A stretch of DNA of 62,366 nucleotides. Source: an uncultured Spirochaeta sp. Lineage in GTDB: Bacteria; Spirochaetota; Spirochaetia; DTKZ01. The notes under the pieces are model-generated. The model searched no databases. It saw nothing but the letters and a program-made list of their open reading frames with translations, and was not told the origin of the DNA. The stretch is from the NCBI GenBank assembly GCA_937140905.1, contig CAKZQO010000053.1, positions 1 to 62,366 on the forward strand, read 5' to 3'. A program made the translations under genes and the position numbers. Shown piece after piece: positions 56,378 to 62,366 of the stretch; the first letter of the stretch is position 1, and every line of letters starts with the position of its first letter.

Positions 56378-57349
56378 CTAGGTCAATACAACCGACTTTA
56401 CTAGGCCTTTCACGTTGGGTACCGGAAGGGGTTTCGATTCCCCAATGATCTTCACCCCGCTGGGATCCTGGGTGTTCACCGGTTGCGCATAGAAGGGCAG
56501 AGCCACCAACCCCGCATCCAAATTGTCCAGCGCGGCATAGATCAGCTTGAACCCGCTAGACCGATCCACTGCCAAAACAGTTTTAGCTGGAATTGCCGAA
56601 ACCGCCTGCCCCGTGTTTAGGTCAATGTAGGTAGCTGGCAGTAACTGGATCTTTGCCACCCCTCCGATACTGATGAAATCCGCTCCCACCTGAGCAATGG
56701 CGCTGTTGGGCAGTGCACCGATCTTCTCCACTAGCGCCGCATACACATCAAACCCACAGAGAAATACCACATCCATGGCCGGAGCGCTCTTTTTGAGCGT
56801 ATCCATCATTTTTCCAAGGGTCTTGATGATGTCGCTCACCTTTGTGTTCGCTTCGTCCCATTTCTTGCTCTCCGTAACCGATGCGGGGGTGCCGTACGCG
56901 ATATCGTAGGTGAGAAGCGCTCCTCCTTCGCCCCGTAGGGGATAACTGATGGTGCCCGTTAAGGACTGGGCCGCCAGGGCCTCGGCGGTCGAGCGGCACG
57001 CACGGCGCAGAGTATCGATCTGATTGTCGATGTACTGCTGCTGACCCTGTGGATCCAGTAGCTTCAGGTTGTTCAAATCCGCAGCCGATAGGAACACCGA
57101 AGGATTCACCGGCTGCACTTCAATCATCGTCACTGATCCGTCTGCTGGAACAAGAGGATAGGATTGGCTACCCCTCCGCACCACGGGGATATTCCCCGAT
57201 GGAAGCCCCAGATCTCTGTATCCTACTACGGGAAACGGATGGTTTACCCGATTCGGATAGATCAGATCCATTACTGGAGTCCGCAGTTCCGGAAGCCTTT
57301 GTAACGTGTCTACAATCGCTTCCCGCGTGAAGAACTTCTTTAAGTCCAT
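56378..57349 (-). CDS. Major capsid protein (lambda gpE-like family)
   Basis: 323 aa. Follows the decoration and scaffold genes. The N-terminal region resembles the capsid E family. Confidence 0.8.
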   Translation of the reverse strand: MDLKKFFTREAIVDTLQRLPELRTPVMDLIYPNRVNHPFPVVGYRDLGLPSGNIPVVRRGSQSYPLVPADGSVTMIEVQPVNPSVFLSAADLNNLKLLDPQGQQQYIDNQIDTLRRACRSTAEALAAQSLTGTISYPLRGEGGALLTYDIAYGTPASVTESKKWDEANTKVSDIIKTLGKMMDTLKKSAPAMDVVFLCGFDVYAALVEKIGALPNSAIAQVGADFISIGGVAKIQLLPATYIDLNTGQAVSAIPAKTVLAVDRSSGFKLIYAALDNLDAGLVALPFYAQPVNTQDPSGVKIIGESKPLPVPNVKGLVKSVVLT

Positions 57350-57364
57350 CTCTTCCTCCTCCTG

Positions 57365-57715
57365 TTACACCGCAAAGATTCCCAAGCTCTCGAGCACCGC
57401 AAGATCTGCCGCATTGGGCGCACTCGACCCTACCCGAAGCTTCTCTCGAACCACCGTCCCGTGCCGCAGCACAACCGCCGCATTGTCCCGGCTAGTATCC
57501 ACCTCTTGGGCCAACACCCCTACACACACATTCAGGGGGGCTGCCCCCTGTGGATCATACGCCACTACGTCCCCGTTACTATCTTTCGCTACCAAAAGCC
57601 CCGCGGCCAACACCCCATTGTTCGCCTTCGCTTTCAGAGTCTTCAGTACCGGAGGGTGAATAAGGCTCACTATAGATGAGGCCCCATACTCTAACGTTCC
57701 CAATACCGCATTCAT
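57365..57715 (-). CDS. Head decoration protein (gpD-like/DUF2190)
   Basis: 116 aa. Size, position and the Gly/Ala/Val-rich beta pattern fit. Confidence 0.65.
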   Translation of the reverse strand: MNAVLGTLEYGASSIVSLIHPPVLKTLKAKANNGVLAAGLLVAKDSNGDVVAYDPQGAAPLNVCVGVLAQEVDTSRDNAAVVLRHGTVVREKLRVGSSAPNAADLAVLESLGIFAV

Positions 57716-57732
57716 TTACTCCTTCCTCCTTA

Positions 57733-58713
57733 TCACACATGCTTTAGTAACCGCCCCAATTCCAGGGGTTTCTCATTCTGTGCAGGATCCGAGAGCTGCA
57801 TCCGGCCCTCCTGTACAGGCCGGGGTATCGATTCAATTAGCTCCCGCAACAGATCCAGCCATCCCACGCTCCGTTTCGCCTCGCCCTCCGACAGCTCTAT
57901 GCTTCCACCTAGCGGCAGCCGATCCGCCAGCGCTAGCAGGAGCCCTTCCTTCGCTTTGGGCACTCGGCCCTCCGCCGCTCTCTGCAGCTCTACCTTCTTT
58001 ACGGCCCGTAGCTGTGCTGCCAGCGCCGACTGATTCTTCTCAGAATCTGTTAGCTCGATCACTTCCGGATACATCCGACTCACCACACCCAGCCGTTCTT
58101 GTAACTGATTCACTTCCCGACTGAGGCTCTCGCTCTTCTTCTGTTCCGCCTCCAGCTTCTCGAGCGCCTGCTCCAGTGTCATGTCCGCTCTCCCCTTTTC
58201 TTGAGATGCCCCCGCTCCTGCAGGGGTGTCCGACAACGCGAGATTCGCAGCTGATACGGACGGCAGTTGGATCACGCCTTCGGAGTCGGTTGCTGCCAAC
58301 GCCGCCGGTTGGGTAAGGGTTGTCTGAATATTGTTCACTAAGTCTTTTATGGCAGGTGGCTCTTCCCCGAGGTAGGCCACGTGGTGCAAATACATCTTCC
58401 CGTCTACAGCCCGCCGCTTCGCCCCAATGGACACATCCGGAAAGTACCCCTTGTCCACTGCCTCGGCTAGCTCCTCCTGCTCCTCGATGGTGCCAATCAA
58501 GGTTTTCGTTGTCTCGTCGTAGGTGACGGCCACCACGTTCCCCAACCGGGGACGGGAAGGATCCAGCCAGTGCCCATTCAGGCTCACCGGAGCCTTCCTC
58601 ACCTCCGGAAAGGTTTCAGCTATCTCCCGCAGATCCCTTTCCGTCACCACCTGCGGATTGTCTACCGAGCCGAAAATCCCCACCTTCGCCAGCTCACGGA
58701 TGCGTTGTCTCAT
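57733..58713 (-). CDS. Head maturation protease / scaffolding protein (Mu gpI-like position)
   Basis: 326 aa. N-terminal globular part followed by a C-terminal coiled coil (LEKLEAEQKKSESLSREVNQLQERL). Confidence 0.6.
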   Translation of the reverse strand: MRQRIRELAKVGIFGSVDNPQVVTERDLREIAETFPEVRKAPVSLNGHWLDPSRPRLGNVVAVTYDETTKTLIGTIEEQEELAEAVDKGYFPDVSIGAKRRAVDGKMYLHHVAYLGEEPPAIKDLVNNIQTTLTQPAALAATDSEGVIQLPSVSAANLALSDTPAGAGASQEKGRADMTLEQALEKLEAEQKKSESLSREVNQLQERLGVVSRMYPEVIELTDSEKNQSALAAQLRAVKKVELQRAAEGRVPKAKEGLLLALADRLPLGGSIELSEGEAKRSVGWLDLLRELIESIPRPVQEGRMQLSDPAQNEKPLELGRLLKHV

Positions 58714-58992
58714 GCCACAAACGTAGCAGATCCCGGCCAGGTTTGCTGGAATTGGGGATAGGCAGGGGGTCGCAAAAAACGGCCCAAAAAAGGGGGTATT
58801 TTCCGGGGGGGGGTGATTTATACTACCCCGCCCCTTCGGATCGATTGTAGCGTTAGATTGCTGTTAGAAAATCGATTTTTAGAATGGGTCTGTGATCTAC
58901 GATTGGGGGTTTCTGCTGTGGGGGTTGACAATGGGACGGCATATAATGATACTTTATATTGGAAGGTGCGTCCAGCGGCACCCACCACGCCT

Positions 58993-59025
58993 GGGGCATG
59001 TTCTGACATGCCCCTTGTATTTTTT
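58993..59025 (+). terminator. Hairpin plus T-tract on the plus strand, abutting the portal-MuF stop
   Basis: ggggcatg-ttctga-catgcccc (58993-59014) followed by ttgtatttttt. The T-run is present only in the plus-strand reading. Confidence 0.45.
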
Positions 59026-59028
59026 AAG

Positions 59029-61668
59029 TTATTTTCTGATCATTTCCTGTTTTAACGGTGTAATGATCCATATAAGGCTTGCCTTTCCTCGGTTCACTCT
59101 ATCATGCGATAGCGTCTTAGCATCATCAAAGAGAGCGTCAGGAAGGTATAGTATTATGTTGTCTGATTGCTTTGTTCTCAACGCTTGGACTATGCTATTT
59201 TTTGTTCCTGCTGTAGGTGTTTTCACCTCCCACACCTCCCCATCAACCATAAGATCCGGACTCTTCAGCAAATCACTCCTAGGAAGCAGCTTCACCATTC
59301 TTCCTTCTCCTGCCAAGCGTTGCGCAATGGGTTCCTCCGGCAGTTTCTTGCCTTTATAGCTTTCATGTTTATACAGCTTACCACCAGATGGATATTCCTG
59401 CACTAGCTCAAACCCTTCTAGAGATTCAGGGTTGTACAGCCTGACACTTCTAAACCCGGCTTTATCGGCAAAGTCTTTGAGATCCTTCATAATACCGTAT
59501 CGAAGGGCCCGTTTTGCCATTTCGTCCGTTAGTTCATAGAACGATCCACTTTTTATCGGATTCCCCCCAAACCCTTCCTGCGGCTTAAAGGTTTTCCGTA
59601 GTTTCGCCATGGATAGATTCTGCACAGGGACCTGAGCGATCTCCTCCTCATAAATCCCCCGCACCGTGGTGCGGCAGTTGAAATGGAAGGGCGGCCAATG
59701 GTCCTCCCAGAATGGGTGATCGGCTGGAAGCACCAGGCCCACCAGGGGGCGGCAGATGGAGCTGGTCCGCTCATCCTCCAGCACCATGAGGGCATAAGCC
59801 CGGGGTTTGGCTCGATCGAACTGCATCCGGCGGCCCGCATTGTAGGCGGTCTGGATATTGGTTCGGTACACTGTTTCCCAGTACCCGGGCTTGAGGGTTG
59901 CACCTTCCGACTCCGCAATCGCCTTCACATCCGCCCAGGCCCGCTCAAAGCCTTCGCCCTTCTCGAGCGTGTGTATCAACCGTCCCCGGACCGCTTCGAT
60001 ATAGTCGCATGAGGTAAGCTTTGCCAGGGTAAAGGCCCGAAAGGCCAGCTTCGGTTCCAGGGCCTGCCATTCTGCTTTGGTCAGGCTTACCCGGGCTTTC
60101 AGAAAGTGAATCGCCTCTTCGAAGGGGAGGGGATGGTATTCGGTCTCATCAGCGAGCGTAAGGCGCTGGCCCCGGCCCGCGTGATCCATCCCCTCGAGAA
60201 GCGCCGCGGCCAGTACCTGCTCGGTTCGCCGTATGAGCTCTGGCTCCGTGTCCGGAAACGGAGCCCCGCGAAGCACTTCTACCCCCGGGGCCGTCCCTGC
60301 GGATGAAAGGGAGGCGATCCACCGCGCCACCGCCTTGCCGATCAGCGGTAGGACAAGCGCCCGGGCCCGCTCTGCCAACCGGTCCAGCTCCGCCAGTTTC
60401 GTACGCTCATCCGCCTCCAGCTCTAAAAGAGGGGCTTGCGGACTTTTTTTTTTACTCTCTGTGTCTGCCATTGCAAGAGAGAGCAAATCCTGGGGCTGCC
60501 CCCCCGGCTTCAGGAACACATCCTCTTCACCTGCGGGCTGTGGCAACCCATACCGGCTATACAACTCAGCCCGGGACACAGGTATCCCCCGATCAATCGC
60601 CTGCACCAACTCATCCCACGTGGCGTGCTCATCCAGATCAAATCGCACCTGTGGCTGCCACTCCCCCGGCCCGTAGTTCAGCTCCACTACATAGGACACA
60701 AGCCGCTGGAGCGCTTCCGACAACTCCCGGCAGATTCCTTTGGCAAGGGTTTTAAGCACATCCCTATGCACCGAGGCCTGGGAGCGACTCCCATACTCCG
60801 CCTCCTGGGTGGCCAGGCTCTGGCCGGTGATGCCGTAACTGATTTGCTGGTCACACCACTCCATCAGAGAGCGGAATTCGCTCACCTTCTCGGGACTTGT
60901 AAGAAGCTTCACCTCTTTTATGTTCGCCAGAGCCGCCCCCGAACCCGACTGTACCGTGGACAGAAGCTCCGACAGCCGCAACGCCCGCTCCCGCACCCGA
61001 TCCTCCGGCTCGCTCGTGTCAAACAAGGCAAGAATTGAGGGAACCGAAAACTTCTCGGCAGCCAGAATCCAAAACTGGCTGCCCGCTTTCTTGAATTTCC
61101 AGGCCCAGTAGCAGGACTTTAGCGCGCTGGTGCCGTAGGGGTTCTCCGCATCTTTGTCGTAACGATACACTAGCCATTTGTACGGCTGGTCATAGAGATC
61201 AATTAGCTCACCTGTGAGCGTATCCTTGTATTTCAACCGACCTTCCACATCGAAAACGAACCGCTCAGGCTTGCGCAGCACCACATCCTCGACGACCCAC
61301 CAGCCATCCTGGTTTTCCCACACCAGTTCCACGACGCTATACCCATATTCGACCGCTGATAGAAGACGCTTCTCAAGCCCATAGAGCAGGGTTGGATGCA
61401 GATTCTTCTGTACGGTTTCCAGTACGGCCGGCCGCGCCTCTGCCTGCTCGATCCGGGGGACGAACTCCAGGACGGAACTCTTCAGGAGCGCCAGCAGGCT
61501 CTTAATCCGGGGGTCGGTACGCATCTCCCGGTACACGGTGATCCGTTCCCCCGAGTCCCGCAGGACTTCATCGGGATTGGGCATATAGCCTACAAAGGAG
61601 GAAAACAGATCCATAGCAGGAATCACTCGCATCGACAGCCGTTCATCAGCTCGATCGTTTTTCTTCAT
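59029..61668 (-). CDS. Fusion protein: Mu-like portal (DUF935) + MuF/SPP1-gp7 head morphogenesis domain + C-terminal PD-(D/E)xK nuclease-like domain
   Basis: 879 aa. The N-terminus has a DUF935 pattern (YREMRTDPRIKSLL). The MuF core is YRTNIQTAYNAGR...DERTSSICRPL...PPFHFNCRTTV. The C-terminal ~130 aa carry SPDLMVDGEVWEVK (59221-59259). Confidence 0.85.
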   Translation of the reverse strand: MKKNDRADERLSMRVIPAMDLFSSFVGYMPNPDEVLRDSGERITVYREMRTDPRIKSLLALLKSSVLEFVPRIEQAEARPAVLETVQKNLHPTLLYGLEKRLLSAVEYGYSVVELVWENQDGWWVVEDVVLRKPERFVFDVEGRLKYKDTLTGELIDLYDQPYKWLVYRYDKDAENPYGTSALKSCYWAWKFKKAGSQFWILAAEKFSVPSILALFDTSEPEDRVRERALRLSELLSTVQSGSGAALANIKEVKLLTSPEKVSEFRSLMEWCDQQISYGITGQSLATQEAEYGSRSQASVHRDVLKTLAKGICRELSEALQRLVSYVVELNYGPGEWQPQVRFDLDEHATWDELVQAIDRGIPVSRAELYSRYGLPQPAGEEDVFLKPGGQPQDLLSLAMADTESKKKSPQAPLLELEADERTKLAELDRLAERARALVLPLIGKAVARWIASLSSAGTAPGVEVLRGAPFPDTEPELIRRTEQVLAAALLEGMDHAGRGQRLTLADETEYHPLPFEEAIHFLKARVSLTKAEWQALEPKLAFRAFTLAKLTSCDYIEAVRGRLIHTLEKGEGFERAWADVKAIAESEGATLKPGYWETVYRTNIQTAYNAGRRMQFDRAKPRAYALMVLEDERTSSICRPLVGLVLPADHPFWEDHWPPFHFNCRTTVRGIYEEEIAQVPVQNLSMAKLRKTFKPQEGFGGNPIKSGSFYELTDEMAKRALRYGIMKDLKDFADKAGFRSVRLYNPESLEGFELVQEYPSGGKLYKHESYKGKKLPEEPIAQRLAGEGRMVKLLPRSDLLKSPDLMVDGEVWEVKTPTAGTKNSIVQALRTKQSDNIILYLPDALFDDAKTLSHDRVNRGKASLIWIITPLKQEMIRK

Positions 61669-62366
61669 CGTCGGTACCCTCGTAAGGTTTGCTGGGCCAG
61701 GCTAGGGGCGATGCGCCGGATGGGTGCCACCTGGGGAAGTTCGGTCGCTTTGGTGATTGCCCCCATTGCATATGCCAGCGCATCCGGTAGGTCATCAAAC
61801 CGACCTTTAGGAAAACTGGTAAGCTCCTCGATTAGCTCTTTATTGCCACGATCCCGGAAGCGGATTATGCCGTTTTCGATTAAAGGCGACAGAGAGCGCA
61901 CCCGCAGGACTTTGCTTTCGGTTCCCGCTTTTACGGTTTTGATAGGCAGGTACACGTTCTCAGCTGCGGCCATTCGCATGACGTACCGTGCATAGATATT
62001 CGTGAAGGACACTTCTTCCCAAGCAATGAGGATAAACTTGAACCGCCGGTGCTTGGTAATGAGTTGAGTCACCGTCTCGTCCTCGGAACAGGTGGCTGCC
62101 CAGGCGTCCACCTCCCAGATCGTTCCCACTCGGTCCACCCCCACTGTAACAATCGCGGTGTGGTCGTGCTTGCCTGCCGCCCAGCCGACATCGGATGCTG
62201 CAAGGCTGTCGTAGTAGGTCGCCTTCGAGGTCTCGACGATGCGTTCGAGGCTGACATACCGCCCGACATCATGCCCCAGGCGGTGTAGCAGCAGGTTGGT
62301 CAGCAGCCGCGCCATCCGGCCATTGCCGTCTGGGAAGGGGTGGATGCAGAGGAAGTCGTGGACGTA
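61665..62366 (-). pseudogene. Chimeric ORF: Fic-domain core fused in frame to a terminase large-subunit nuclease domain (5'-partial)
   Basis: The minus-strand frame is open to the window edge. It reads YVHDFLCIHPFPDGNGRMARLL (Fic motif, 62307-62342) ...YYDSLAASDVGWAAGKHD | HTAIVTVGVD...IAWEE...FDDLPDALAYA (TerL RNaseH-like nuclease). No TerL ATPase domain is present. Confidence 0.7.

Larger units (their letters stand above)
42587..62366 (-). mobile_element. Mu-like-head, siphovirus-tail prophage (structural module only; continues or is truncated at the window edge)
   Basis: Uninterrupted minus-strand phage gene block: TerL fragment, portal-MuF, protease/scaffold, decoration protein, capsid, connectors, tail tube, chaperones, tape measure, tail tip, fibre, DGR. 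It interrupts a host gene. Confidence 0.85.

Noticed and set aside
58925-58947. Perfect TTGACA and TATAAT hexamers as a sigma70 promoter
   Set aside because: The spacer is only 11 nt, against an optimum of 17, so they cannot act as a standard -35/-10 pair. I kept this only as a note within the gap finding.
60233-61038. Several 147-200-aa plus-strand ORFs (Pro/Ala/Arg-rich)
   Set aside because: They are shadow ORFs antisense to the GC-rich portal-MuF gene.
1-62366. Search for rRNA, tRNA, CRISPR arrays, integrase or transposase genes
   Set aside because: None was recognised. The intergenic regions are short and lack cloverleaf-like or direct-repeat/spacer structure. No recombinase-like ORF is present in the window.

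Overview
This 62.4-kb window (about 50% GC) comes from a bacterium with an outer membrane; I cannot determine the taxon by eye. All coordinates were counted by hand, so motif positions may be off by 1-2 nt.

Positions 1 to ~42.58 kb are ordinary chromosome:
- a MoxR-DUF58 operon, DAHP synthase, and amt-glnK with a sigma54-type promoter
- a caspase-like lipoprotein operon and a PhoR/PhoB-like two-component system
- murG, cvpA and holB
- two NtrB/NtrC-type sigma54 two-component systems
- ugpBAE, a fused pyrD-pyrK, and a TRAP transporter
- metY, ridA, a thrC-like gene and ettA

From ~42.59 kb to the window end lies a ~19.8-kb block of phage structural genes, all on the minus strand. It has a Mu-like head module (DUF935 portal fused to MuF) and a siphovirus-type tail. 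It is inserted into an ABC substrate-binding-protein gene.

The main finding is a complete diversity-generating retroelement (DGR) at the tail-fibre end of this prophage:
- Layout on the minus strand: target gene with variable repeat (VR 44275-44383), then avd, then template repeat (TR 43802-43910), then reverse transcriptase.
- All 14 TR/VR differences fall on template adenines.

Other points worth a second look:
- an in-frame Fic::terminase-nuclease chimeric ORF at the right window edge, which implies a truncated prophage or a misassembly
- a portal-MuF fusion carrying a C-terminal PD-(D/E)xK domain
- an A_AAA_AAC -1 frameshift site in the tail chaperone genes
- sigma54 promoters with upstream repeat arrays
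- an orphan strong terminator or structured RNA upstream of cutA
- a caspase-like lipoprotein with a perfect EF-hand loop

I recognised no rRNA, tRNA or CRISPR array.
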